Shown: piece after piece, positions 49,271 to 62,300 of the stretch
Numbering within the stretch: the first letter of the stretch is position 1
Layout: every line of letters starts with the position of its first letter
Source of the DNA: Takakia lepidozioides
Taxonomy: Eukaryota; Plantae; Bryophyta
Direction: 5' to 3'
DNA: 64,000 nt
NCBI GenBank assembly: GCA_030704615.1
Contig: CM060734.1
Location: 14,446,001 to 14,510,000, forward strand
Translations under genes and position numbers: made by a program
Notes under the pieces: model-generated
What the model saw: the letters and a program-made list of their open reading frames with translations, nothing else
The model's database searches: none
What the model was told of the DNA's origin: nothing

Positions 49271-52200
49271 GCTTGTTCTGCCCGCCCCGGTCATATATGC
49301 TCGGCCTAGCGACAAGTGCTCCATATTCCGTTGGTAACACTGGCGCAGCCCGTGACTGCCTTTGCGTTTCAACATGCAAATCATGCTGTAATGGTTTGTC
49401 ATGGATACCACTGTACCCCTTCAACTTATTGGCATTGACTCTTCCCAGCATTTCTTTGTTAATGGTTTGTAACATGGCGGTGTTGTTATCATACATATTT
49501 TGTATGACATAAGGTCCTTTCCATGGTGATTTAAGCTTAGAAGCTTTAATCTTTCCCTTCTTCTGCAACCATAGAACCAAATCTCCCGTCTTAAAAGTCT
49601 TTAACTTGCCTTCATTAAACTGTTCCTTCCTCTTCATCTGAATTCTGGTCATATTATCAGCTGCATCAGCACGTACTTCTTCCACATGGTATAATTCATG
49701 TTTCCTGACCTTAATGGAATCTTGCATTCCATTCTCTTTCCCCATTCCGTTCTCATGGTAGGTAACAGGAATTCCACTGGAAGTAAAGCTTCCATACCAT
49801 AAACTAATTGGAATGGTGTATACTTAGTGGTGACTTTATATGAAGTCCTGTATGACCACAAAGCTGTCAGCAGCTTTGTATCCCAATCCGTTCTGTTTGC
49901 ATTGACTATCTTAGTCAAGATAGTACATAGTATTTTGTTGGTAGCCTCTGCCTGCCCATTACCCTGTGGGTAATATGTTGTACTCTTTCTATGCACAATC
50001 ATGAACTCTTTAGTCAATAATTCAATGGTCTCATTAATGAAGTGACTTCCCTGATCGCTGATAAATTCCAAGGGACAGCCAAATCGTGTAAGTATGTTCT
50101 CATACAGAAACCTTGCTGTGGACTTGGCTGTGTTGTCCCTCAAAGCTTTAGCTTCCACCCACTTCGTAGTATAATCAGTGGCTGTAATTATGTACCTATT
50201 CTGTGTATTCTTGGCTGGTGGGTTAATTGGTCCAACAAAGTCTAGTCCCCATTTCTGAAATGGTTCCGTAGGCATTGTAGGATGCAAAACCATTTTCCCA
50301 GATCTCTGCAAAGGTCCTAGCCTCTGACATTCATCACAACTCTGACAATACTTGTGTACATCTTTGAACAAAGTAGGCCACCAGTAACCTGCATGTAGTA
50401 TTTTCCTGCTGGTAGTCTCTTCTCCAAAATGACCTCCTGCCACTCCTTTATGAACTTCCTCCAAAACTTTATTAACTTCATGGTGGTATAAGCATCGCTT
50501 CAGCACTCCATCTGGTCCTAGCTTATACATTCTGCTCCCTACCATAGTGTAAGGTAGAGCCTTGATAGCAATTCTCTTTCTCTGCTCCTTTCCATAATTG
50601 GTGGGCACTGACCATGAGCAAGGTAGTATCTGATTGGCCACTGCCAATCTAACCAGTCATCTGCACTTCCCTGCACCTCCACTACAAATAGACTCGCATC
50701 TGGTAATTGATCATCTACTCCTATGGCTGGTTCTCCTGTTGATAACCGTGACAAGTGATCTGCCACAAGATGCAGTCTCCCAGGCTTGTAAACAACCTCG
50801 AACTCAAACTCGTGCAAGATTATCAACCATCTTGCTATTCTTCCGCTTATCAAAGGTTTGTTTACCAGGTATATTAGAGCCTGGTGATCCACATAGAACA
50901 TAAACTTCTTGCCCAACAGGTAATGCCTGAATTTCTTCACTGCATAGATCATTGCCAATGCTTCTCTTTCCGTTGTGCTATAATTTCTTTCGGCATTGTT
51001 CATCAATTCGGCTAGCATAGTACACAGGTGAATCTATCCTTCCTGTTACATTTTGGGTTAACACTGCTCCTAGTGCTTCTCCAGAAGCATCACAGTGAAC
51101 ATGAAATATTTCCTGCCAGTGAGGACTAATCAGCACAGGTGTAGTTGTTACTGACAATGTAAGTTCCTCAAAAGCCTGTTGACATTCAGGTGTCCATGCA
51201 AACACTGCATCTTTCTTCAGAAGTTTGCTCAATGGTGCTGCTATCTGTGCATACCGTTTGACAAATCTTCTGTAATAGCTTGTTTGTCCAAGGAATCTCC
51301 TTAGACTCTTAACATTCACTGGTGGTGGAGAGGCTTTAATGGCCTCTGTTTTCCTGGGATCCACAAGAAGTCCCCTCTTACACACAATGTGTCCCAGAAG
51401 CACCCCTGAGTTCACACAGAAAGTACACTTCTCTGGATTCAGGCCCAGACCTCTCATCCTGCATCTGGCCAGACATAACTCCAATTTATGCAAGTGCTCA
51501 TTCTTAAAGCTGTACACACTGAAATCATCCAGATAATAATGAAAAGATTCACTTATCACTCTCTGAAAGGTCGCTGGTGCATTACAAAGTCCAAAGGGCA
51601 TGACTTTGTATGCATAAGCACCCCAGTCTGTGATGAAAGCTGTTTTTCCTTGGTCTTCTTCTGCCACTTGCACTTGATTATAACCACTGAAGCCATCCAT
51701 GAATGAGTACATCTCATGGCCTGCCACAGTGTCTAATACTGCTTCTGTGAATGGCAAAGGGAAAGGATCTTTCTTCGTACAAGCATTCAGCTTCTTGTAG
51801 TTCACACAAACTCTTAGTTTACCATTCTTCTTGGGAACTATCACAATGGGTGACAACCAAGTTGTATACTCTATTGGGTATATAAACTTAGCCTCAGCCA
51901 ACTTCTTGATCTCTTCTCCAACCTTCTGTGCGTAGTTGGGATTCATTCTGTACCTTGCCTGCTTGATTGGTACTGACCCGGTTCCAGTTCAATCTTATGC
52001 TGACAAGATTTCAGGTGGTATCCCTTTTAAATCCTCATAGCTCCAAGCAAATACATCTCTGTATTTGATGAACAAACTCTTAGCTTCTTCAAAGAATTCT
52101 GGCTCCAAATCAGCTCCTACCTTCACCATCCTCGGTTCCTCTTTAGTTCCCACATTCACTTCCCTCACTTGCTCATCAGCTGTGATTGTCCAACCAGTCA

Positions 52201-53420
52201 CCACTTCATCCTGTAAACTCACAGTAGCTGGTTCCTTAGGATTTCCATTTCTCCTTCTTTTTCTTCATAGAAATGTGATGGGTAACTGCTGGTTTCCTCT
52301 TCAATCGGTGTTGTTGACACTACACCACAGCAGATACCCCTTAAACAACTTAGGCCTTCCAGCCGCATCTCTGCAACCTGCTCCCACTCTGGGTGTGCAG
52401 CAAATAGGGTAGCTTCCTGCTCCTCATCCAGTCCTCCTCTCCAGTCATACTCTCTGACCCTCGAGGTCTTCTCGTAGCAGGTAATCTACTAGATTTCTTT
52501 GTGGTAATTTGTATCTCGTGTATCCCATTATGCACGGTTAGTAACTGAGAATTCCAGTCATGGAATACCCTGGCCTGTTTCAGCCACGGACGTCCCAATA
52601 ATAAGGAGTAAGCCTCCATGACTTCATCCATCTTCAACACAGTTACTGTGATCATAAAGATCATCTTTTGTATCTGTATCTTAACTCCTCTTATTAATCC
52701 CAATGGCTGTACACTTCTTTGATCTGCCATTGTTACTGTAAATGGGGCTGGTTTCATGTTATTTAGGCCAAGCTTCTTTCTTAATTGGTCTGTCATGATA
52801 TTTACTCCTGAACCTCCATCTATCAGTACATCAGTTAGTTCTGTGCTTCCAATTCTCAATTGGATTACTGGCATAGAATCATCAAAGTCCATGACTGTTT
52901 CTCGCCCTTCCGGCTTCACATTATAACTGGTCACATTGCTGTTCAGGTCTGTGTTTCCTGTCTTCTGGGCAATTCGATTGATTGCTTGATACAGCCTGTG
53001 TCTACAATAAGGTGCCACAGCCAATAGCTGTCCAATGGTAATCTCTGCTTTGGTCTGGCATATTACTTCAGCCAAAGTCCCTTCATTACTTTGCATGTCT
53101 GCAGCTTCTTTCTTCCTTTCATCCTCACTCACTTCTTCTTCTCCATCAGAATCAGAGGAATCTGCCACAGGAATATCAGTACTCTTCTGCATTTCCCTTA
53201 TGGTATCTGCCACTTCCTTGTGCAGTTCCTTCTCATCTCTCCAAGCCTCATCATCTTCAGGCATATCACTGCCACCTTCATTATCATCATCTTCCTCAAC
53301 TACTGGAAGTATTAGTTTGGCTTTGCTTCTTGTTACTATCATTGTACTTACTTCTGGTACAACACATGGCCTAACCATGTGAGCTACCACCACTGGGCCC
53401 TCATTCACAGGAGCTCTCAT
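49029..53420 (-). pseudogene. pol: pol (protease, RT, RNase H, integrase), frameshifted
   Basis: LIDGGSGVNIM; KKDPFPLPF...FMDGFSGYNQ...MPFGLCNAPATFQR...YLDD; HCDAS; HKGVAGGH...CDEC; WGLDFVGP; SDQGSHF; WKGPY. Confidence 0.93.
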
Positions 53421-55384
53421 CTCATTTTGGTGTCTAATCCAGAATGAACAGGCTGCCTTGCGATGTCCTGGCTGATTACAATAGTAACATAGTTCTTCAC
53501 CATTGGGTCCTCGCCCTTGGTCTGTTATTGGATTATTTCTGTAATCCTGATTCTTGGGCTGGTAATTCCCCCTTGGATTACCCTGATAGTTGCCTCAGGA
53601 ATTTCCTTGGTAATTTCCTCTTGAATTACCTCTCCCTTCCATGCCATTGTTATAACCACCAGACCTACCATAGTGGTCCTGATCATTGTTTCTTCTTGGC
53701 TGGGGCTGCACCTGATGCACCCTTACTTGCCTAGGTTCTCTTGCAGCTGTCCTTCTGTTGTAGTTACAATTCTCAGTAGAATGGTTATCCATTTTATAGA
53801 TAGTACAGTGTTTCTCCTTCATGTGGCATTATGTGGTGGTATGGCCTTCATTCTGGCACTTTGCACACCATACACCCTTCCTCCAATGTGTTGCAGCCTC
53901 TGTGGCATACTTCTTCAAGATTTCTTCCAATCTTTTCTCATAGTTATCCCTCTTCAACTTCTCCTTTCTCTTACTCTTCCTTTTTAGTTCTTGCTCTTCT
54001 TCTTCATCTGACTCATCCTCAGAGTCCTCATCATCCCTTTTCTCTCTCCTGAGCATTCCCAATTGCTCAATTCTGTTTGCAGTTTCAAATGCCTCCTCCA
54101 CTGTATTATGGGGTAACATATCCACTTTCTTTGCAACTCTGGTCTTAGTCCACTCACAAACCAAGTCTTCTGTAAACCTGGTGCTGGTACTGCAGCCAGC
54201 TTTTTCATCATCAATTCCATCTTTTCCATATACTCCTCAACAGTTTCATGCTTCTTTTGCTTTAACTGTTGTAAACTTCCATACACTTCATCCTCAGTTT
54301 TACTTGTCCTGAACCTATTTCGGAATGCTGTATTCAAGCCATTCCAGGTTAGGAAATGATTATCAGGGAATCTTGCATACCATTCACTTGCTTTCTTGAT
54401 AAGTGAACAAGGAAACAATCTCATCTTGGCATCATCGCCATTCTCATTGTTCACTATACACATGTGCTCAAATTGGCTAATGTGTACATCGGGATCCCCT
54501 TTTCCTGAATATATTGGAAAGGGTGGTTTTGCCCGTGTTGGTTGTAACGCCATCTGTGGCCCTACCTTCTGCCCACTGACAGGTGCTGGCACCCTTGCTG
54601 GTGCTGGTCCTTCTGGACCGGTTGTTTTTGTGGTGGATCTTCCACCAAGTGGTGGCCCTTGAGCACTCCCTGCTTCCAGCCCCACGATATTCACAGTATT
54701 CCCAGCTTCAGTTGCACTACTTCCCACACTCCCTGTCCCCCCAGAGCCAGATCCAGGCAGCCCGCCTGATCCCCCTGAGCCGACACCTTCGTTGGCCTGT
54801 GATCCAAGTGCTCCACTTGATCCAGGTCCAACGGGTTGGGATGTCCTGGTTGTAGTCTCAACCTCAGCTGTTGGGTCTACTTCTTCATACTCTTTCTCTT
54901 CCAATTTCTTCTCTCTGTTTTCATCCTCCAAGTTCTGCCCTTGGGTTTCTTCTTCACTCATGTAACTCAACTGCAATGGTGCTGGAGACTCTGAACTCTC
55001 CGTTGGCTCTGCCACATCCTCTCCTCCTTCTTCACCTTCCGCTTCAGAAACTGGAGTTCCTGCTTTTGGTGTTCCATGCCAACTCTTATCAAAGATTTCT
55101 GTCAAATCTTTTATCCAGGGATGTACCTCAGATCTTTCACCTCGTGATTGATCTTCTTCCCGTACCAATTCCCTTAATCTTTCTTGCAAAGAAAAAGAAG
55201 GAGTGGCATCCAACTCTAGTTCTTCCGGTATGGGTGATGTACTCTCTGATCTTAATGGTGTGAGAGGTCCAGATGATTCCCCTATGTCTATTCCTCTCTC
55301 CCAAAGATATGGATAATTAGCTTTAAGATAGCTTTCTTTTTTTGCTGAATATCTCTGGCGCCTAGCTTCTCTTTCATCACTCAT
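53421..55384 (-). pseudogene. gag: gag with retrotransposon capsid domain and up to three Zn knuckles; frameshifted
   Basis: YSGKGDPDVHISQF...LFPCSLIKKASEWY...TWNGLNTAFRNRF...LKQKKHETVEEY. Knuckles CAKCQNEGH, CTIYKMDNHSTENC (degenerate) and CYYCNQPGHRKAAC. Confidence 0.88.
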
Positions 55385-55404
55385 GTCCCATGTCTTTCAT
55401 TTCT

Positions 55405-56088
55405 TTAATGTGGCAATAACCAAAACTCTCTTCTGTAATATCTCTCGTATATGCCTGGGTTTCTTTCTAGCTTCAATGCACCCTTGGCTATACTAGAAGT
55501 CTCCGCATATGGCAAACAAGTCTGGAAAGTTGTTCTTGGTGTGAGTTTGATCCACAAAATATCCTTTGGAATCCAATTCTTTACCAGTACAAGCTCTTCA
55601 TGCATATGAGTATAAACATTCACCTTTCTTTCCTCCCATCCTTCAAACTCTACTCGCTTAATGGATAGCAATGCTATCACATAAACCAGTGTTGGTAACC
55701 AACGTGCTCTTCCTCTACAGGCCACCTGATAAATCTTTATCACTCCTTTCTCCAGACCCCATTCAGGGTCAGCATCATGCACTCTCTTAAGAATGTTTTC
55801 TTTACAACCGTCTGGCAATTCCAAGAACCTCTGAAAGAATCGTTTGGATAATCTTTCCTTCTCAGTTTCACAAGGAATTTAATTCACATCAAATTCTTTA
55901 ATTCTCCAACCACCATGATCCCACCAGATGCCTGTCACATCTGGTTGTTCATGACCCAGTTCCCCAGTATGGTCGCCAAATGTCACGCGGCTTTTGCTCA
56001 CCCATCCCTTCGCTATCCGAGGCGGAAACTCCAAGATAGAAGAGTTGGAAATCTCTAAGCACTCAGCCCGCTCAGAACAATCAGTCAT
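55405..56088 (-). pseudogene. Extra ORF upstream of gag (one internal stop)
   Basis: Homologue of the intact ORF at 20801-21496. Confidence 0.55.
55961..55978 (-). other. Primer-binding site TGGCGACCATACTGGGGA
   Basis: Two nt inside the 5' LTR end and starts TGG. Resembles tRNA-Arg-type PBSs (tRNA identity is inference). Confidence 0.85.
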
Positions 56089-57002
56089 GACCTACAGCTA
56101 GTGTATCATGGGGGTGTTTCCTATTTGTTTTCCTTCTCACATTCATGTTAACTAGTTACCTTACTATTGGTAATTAAGTATCAGTTTGCTTCAGCAATCT
56201 ATCGGATCCCATCAACTCATCCATTCATTCCACAGCTTCACTCAGATCTCTCTACACAGTGTGAGTATGAAGTATGTATCAGATTAATATCTATCGAGTA
56301 TCAGGCTAAAGCCATGGAGTCTCTAATCTGCTCTACATTACAACTCTACTGCTTGCATTCATTAAGCATCAACAGATCGCCCTCCTCCTACTCTGTGCTC
56401 TCCCTCCTTCCGCTCAGAGATGCGCTCTCTCCTCCTTTCTCCTGTGATGTCCGAACTTCCCCCCCCCCAGCAGCGATTCCCCCAAGAAGTGATCCTTCTC
56501 CCGTCCTCGCTCCTGGGTTTATCTTCCTACCCGTTGTTCTAACCGTTTCCCTCACTAACCGTCGTCATCCGTGTACTAACATGTTCCATTCGCAGATGTT
56601 GTTCCCCACAGTCATTCCCTGTCCTGCTATCCGTTCCCTATGGTCGTGACAACTGTGTCAAGCTGTGACTGGCTGTGCGACTATGTTGGGCTGTGTCGAC
56701 TGTGTCAAGCTGTGACTGGCTGTGACGGCTGTGTCTGGCTGTGTCTGGCTGTGTCGGACTGTGACGGGCTGTGTTGGCTGTGATGGGCTGTGTCGGGCTG
56801 TGACGAGCTGTGTTGACTGTGTCTGGGTGTGTCGGCTGTGTCGGACTGTGACGGGATGTGTTGGCTGTGACGGGCTGTATAACCCCCCTCTAAAGTGCGC
56901 TGCTGTCACCTCTAAGGCTCCTGTTGGTCTCAGTCTGTGCAAAAATTAAGGGTACCCCACAGATCCCGTATAAGTGTCTAAGTCCCTGACAGTCCTCTAA
57001 CA
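55981..57002 (-). repeat. 5' LTR (1022 bp)
   Basis: TGTTAGAGG...CGTGACA on the minus strand; CACAGC-rich tandem tract at 56650-56880. Confidence 0.95.
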
Positions 57003-58410
57003 GCGCAAGGACGGACGAATTGAGAGTACATTTTCTCTCACTCGATACTTGCAAGCCCCACAGGCTTACACGCACTTACCTGTTCCATTTTGTGCCAATC
57101 ATACCTTCATGCTCTGTGCCCTGCAAGCTTTCCTTCAGCTGTTTCAAACAAAGCCTTTTTGTTTGTCTAGAATGAAGAGAGTGAGGGGAATGGAGGATAT
57201 CAGGGTGAAGAGCATCACGATTCTGTAGAAGCAAACAATTGCAGCACCGCAGGCAGTGCAGCTGCTAAGGGAGTTGCGATTGGAGGGGCTGCTACGCAAG
57301 GACTGGTCCTTGCATCATCGGCAGTATATGATTCAATTCCTTCAGAACTTTGAGCCTCGGACGGGAGTTACCCAGGTGAGGGGAGTAGATATAGAAATTA
57401 CTCCCCAGTACTTGCAGCAATTGTTTGATTTGCCATCAGGTCATGTGGATGTGGATGAGCATAGGGCAAGATTGCAGATAGGGAATTTGTTCCAAGAAGG
57501 GAGTTTATTTAAGACTCAAGGTTACGCTTGTACCAAAGCCGAGTACCCAGGGCTCAGAGAAGTTGGCCAAATATTGAACGTTCTGTTTGCCATGAAACAA
57601 AACCAACAGTATTTGAGCAGGTCATTCACAGAGGAGATCTTGAAAGCTTTGAGGGGAGAGGATGTAGCTTGGGCGGAGTTAATGTACAATGGTCTGGTGG
57701 ATGAGATGAAGAGGTTACAGGGCACTGCTGCTAAGTCTCCGGTCATTGTGTCTGGTCCAGTCATTGCCCAAATCATTCTTGATTCTTGCATACTTGATAC
57801 TCGGGAACGTAAGGAGATGGGAGTGTTTGAGGCAGAAACCACTGCAATTGAAGAGCAGGGCTCTTCACATAGTGAGGGTGGACTAGCAGGGCAACACCAG
57901 TCTAAAAGACAGAAGTGGGGTATGACTGTAGTGGTGGATCCACTGGCTTCACGGAAACCGCAAGATGATGTTTCCCAAGCTCTTGTGAAGGAAGGGGCAC
58001 AACAGCACAGAAGGCTGTTATTATTGGAAACACGGCCTTCGGAGAGGGAAGAGGAAGTCAATTCAATACCACAGCCACCACAGGCAGTTGACTCAGTTGT
58101 CTTAGAGGTTCCACAGTTAGAGTATGCTGTGACACAACCCCCAATTGCTCTGGACGGAGAAAGGTTGGACATTCCCACTAAAGAGCAGGTCGTGGCCGAA
58201 ATTGAGAAGGGTGACCTTCTCTATGAAAACTCTGGCTTGGTAAGGGAATCAGTGGTTCTAGAGGTGCAGCGGTTGTCCAAGGAAAACCCTGCTGTGCATG
58301 TAATACCCACACCTGTGACGGAGGTACCAGGGGTAGAATATAAAGACACTGCAGCACCTGTGGAGGATGAGGTGGTTCAGGAAGAGAATCTGGTGGGGCA
58401 ATGGCCTGAG
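57003..58410 (+). mobile_element. Continuation of the host gypsy copy (3' extra ORF, 57256-58410), 3'-truncated
   Basis: Reading TDYTLALLLTQWR|KDGRIESTFSL across the insertion matches TDYTLAILLTQWHRDERTERIFSL of the nested element. ORF homologous to 48147-47020. Confidence 0.9.
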
Positions 58411-58548
58411 ATGAAAAATCCAGAGACAATTTCATCCAACGCGGATGAAATCACGATAGATTTCATCCTGCGCGGTAGAGTTCATCCCGTGTGATGGATT
58501 TCATCCCGAATGGATGAAATCGTGGGAAATCGCGCTTCATCTCTTCCC
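58408..58548. repeat. Short cluster of GGATGAAAT/ATTTCATCC inverted motifs; possible DNA-transposon terminus or MITE remnant
   Basis: About seven GATGAAA/TTCATC half-sites in 140 bp, bounded by GAGATGAA..TTCATCTC and ending CTTCCC. Confidence 0.45.
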
Positions 58549-59313
58549 TTGGTTATATGCCCTTGAATGTTTACCTATTTTCCAAAATGGTAAGACATTG
58601 GTAGATGCGAAGAGAATGATTCAGGCATTGTATTCAAGTCGCTTTAGGATAAATAATACCAAAGTAACCTGCAGGCCTGATGGGATGAGCAATTCAGATT
58701 CTTTGTGTTTCCTATGGATGATTGCATGGCATGTAAATCTGATTACAGCCTGTTATGGTAATGATTTCCCTACCCCAGACATAGAACTTGGTCTTGGGGC
58801 ATGGAATAAGAGGTGGGAATATTACTCTACCCTGTCATTGAAATTACACACCAGCCCCAGATCTAAAACAGATCAGGGGGCAAAAAACATGGTGTCAATA
58901 AGTGACTTGATGTGCAAAATAGGGCAGCTGATTACCCCCTGTTGTATAAGCTGCCAAATATCAGTCCGTAACCCTGCTTTGGTGATGTTCTTTATGTAAA
59001 GAAATGCTCTTATTTTGTTCTTAAGCCTTCTATGATCATAAATGGCTTCTTTAAGACAAACAGACATTTCCAGCCATGAACAGTGATCAATGGATCTTTA
59101 TTTGGACATGGATACTTACTGCTCAGTCACTTTGGTATGTCCCATGATACAAAGAACCCAAAACTATACTAGTTTTTGGGCCAACGATAAATTAGGATGG
59201 TTGGTTATGCCTTGGTATGTAAGCTGACCAAAAAATACAGACTGAATGACATGACATGTCATGAATGGCACTTTTTAGCATGCTGAACAACGGTTTCCTG
59301 CTATGAACAGTGG
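58547..59313 (-). repeat. Inverted ~770-bp fragment of the macrosatellite (subfamily B)
   Basis: Reverse complement of the unit; carries B variants (translated VDAKRMIQAL, HRRLKNK). Confidence 0.95.
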
Positions 59314-62300
59314 ACGAAGAGGAAAAGGAGGTAGAAGAGGGAGTAGAGGCAGGAATCAGCAGAAGAACAGCAGCCCGCCATAGTTCCAAGAACAGATGAA
59401 GAGGACACTGCATCTAAGGGAGAGACAGACGAGATGGAAGAGGATGTTGAAGGTGGCCTCACGAGGAGTCTGCCTGTGGGAAAGAGGAAGGGGGAGAGGC
59501 TCACGTACACGCTCGGCGCAGAGAGCAGCCCGAAGCGCAAAGGGTCCCCGGCAATTGGGGAGTCTTCTGGAGCAGCCAAGAAAAAGGTGAAATCTTTAAG
59601 ACCCACATTTGTGTTTCGTTGCTAATATGAATATAGCCCACACATGACATCTGCACCAGGCTGAAAGCACCGCAAACTGGAAGCTCAAACAATGTGCGGC
59701 AATGCACACTGTTTGGGCCTACCAATTTGCTTGATTGTTCACGTGCGAAACGCCCAAACTTGGGCACTACAACAGGTTCAATACAACCCAGATTGCAAGC
59801 TCAATCAGTGTGAGTTGAGCTGAACATTTCACTGTTGTTTCCGTCAAGATATCGGTTTTCCAGGATATGTATGTCAGGACGAGAGAACCCTTCAGTGGCA
59901 GCTCAAACAGTATGCATTGGCGCACACTGTTTGAGCTCTACATGTCACGGTTTTTGTGTGTTAAATGTGGACTTCCAGTGTAGGTTTTTGAAGATGAAAT
60001 AACCATTCAGTGGCAGCTCAAACAGTGTGCGTTGGCGCACACTGTTTGAGCTGAACATGTAAGTTTTTCTTCCGATTGTAATTCGACCTTTAGGGCACGT
60101 TTCTGAGGATGAAAGGATCCCTCACTGGCAGCTCAAACAGTGTGCGTCAATGCATACTGTTTGAGCTGTACATGTCACTGTTTTTTTGGTGTTAAATTTG
60201 GACTTCCAGGGCAGGTTTATGATGATGAAATAACCATTCAGTGGCAGCTCAAACAGTGTGCGTTGGCGCACACTGTTTGAGCTGAACATGTAAGTGTTTT
60301 TTCCTACTTAAATACGGACTTCCAGGGCAGGTTTTTGAAGATGAAATAACCATTCAGTGGCAGCTCAAACAGTGTGCATTGGCGCACACTATTTGAGCTG
60401 AACATGTAAGTGTTTTTTCCGATTGTAATTCGACCTTTAGGGCACGTTTCTGAGGATGAAAGAATCCCTCACAGGTAGCTCAAACAGTGTGCGTCAACGC
60501 ACAGTGTTTGAGCTGTACATGTCACTGTTTTTTTGGTGTTAAATTTGGACTTCCAGGGTAGGTTTATGATGATGAAATAACCATTCAGTGGCAGCTCAAA
60601 CAGTGTGTGTTGGCGCACACTGTTTGAGTTGAACATGTAAGTGTTTTTTCCGAGTTAAATACGGACTTCCAGGGCAAGTTTTTGAAGATGAAATAACCAT
60701 TCAGTGGCAGCTCAAACAGTGTGCGTTGGCGCACATTGTTTGAGCTGAACATGTAAGTGTTTTTTCCGATTGTAATTCGACCTTTAGGGCACGTTTCTGA
60801 GGATGAAAGAATCCCTCACTGGCAGCTCAAACAGTGTGCGTCAACGCACACTGTTTGAGCTGTACATGTCACTGTTTTTTTGGTGTTAAATTTGGACTTC
60901 CAGGGCAGGTTTATGATGATGAAATAACCATTCAGTGGCAGCTCAAACAGTGTGCGTTGGCGCACACTGTTTGAGCTGAACATGTAAGTGTTTTTTCCTA
61001 CTTAAATACGGACTTCCAGGGCAGGTTTTTGAAGATGAAATAACCATTCAGTGGCAACTCAAACAGTGTGCATTGGCGCACACTATTTGAGCTGAACATG
61101 TAAGTGTTTTTTCCGATTGTAATTCGACCTTTACGGCACGTTTATGAGGATGAAAGAATCCCTCACTGGTAGCTCAAATAGTGTGCGTCAACGCACACTG
61201 TTTGAGCTGTACATGTCACTGTTTTTTTGGTGTTAAATTTGGACTTCCAGGGTAGGTTTATGATGATGAAATAACCATTCAGTGGCAGCTCAAACAGTGT
61301 GCGTTGGCGCACACTGTTTGAGTTGAACATGTAAGTGTTTTTTCCGAGTTAAATACGGACTTCCAGGGCAAGTTTTTGAAGATGAAATAACCATTCAGTG
61401 GCAGCTCAAACAGTGTGCGTTGGCGCACATTGTTTGAGCTGAACATGTAAGTGTTTTTTCCGATTGTAATTCGACCTTTAGGGCACGTTTCTGAGGATGA
61501 AAGAATCCCTCACTGGCAGCTCAAACAGTGTGCGTCAACGCACACTGTTTGAGCTGTACATGTCACTGTTTTTTTGGTGTTAAATTTGGACTTCCAGGGC
61601 AGGTTTATGATGATGAAATAACCATTTAGTGGCAGCTCAAACAGTGTGCGTTGGCGCACACTGTTTGAGCTGAACATGTAAGTTTTTTTTCCGATTGTAA
61701 TTCGACTTTAGGGCACGTTTCTGAGGATTAAAGAATCCCTCACTGGCAGCTCAAATAGTGTGCGTCAGCGCACACTGTTTGAGCTATACATGTCACTGTT
61801 TTTTTGGTGTTAAATTCGGACTTCCAGGGCAGGTTTATGATGATGAAATAACCATTCAGTGGCAGCTCAAACAGTGTGCGTTGGCGCACATTGTTTGAGC
61901 TGAACATGTAAGTGTTTTTTCCGAGTTAAATACGGACTTCCAGGGCAGGTTTTTCAAGATGAAATAACCATTCAGTGGCAGCTCAAACAATGTGCGTTGG
62001 CGCACACTGTTTGAGCTGAACATGTAAGTGTTTTTTCCGATTGTAATTCGACCTTTAGGGCACGTTTCTGGGGATGAAAGAATCCCTCACTGGTAGCTCA
62101 AACTGCACCAACGCACACTGTTTGAGCTGTACATGTCACTGTGTTTTTGGTGTTAAATTCGGACTTCCAGGGCAGGTTTATGATGATCAAATAACCATTC
62201 AGTGGCAGCTCAAACAATGTGCGTTGGCGCACACTATTTGAGCTGAACATGTAAGTGTTTTTTCCGATTGAAATTTGACCTTTAGGGCACGTTTCTGGGG

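Larger units (their letters stand above)
43714..57002 (-). mobile_element. Full-length Ty3/gypsy (non-chromovirus-like) LTR retrotransposon, 13,289 bp, nested in a relative
   Basis: TG..CA LTRs at 55981-57002 and 43714-44673. 5-bp TSD GCGCA at 43709-43713 and 57003-57007. PBS and PPT present. Domain order gag-PR-RT-RH-INT; no chromodomain seen. Confidence 0.97.

Noticed and set aside
56167-56649. Antisense ORF recurring in all three LTRs
   Set aside because: Length varies (93, 112, 160 aa), no ATG start, and recurrence is explained by LTR identity.
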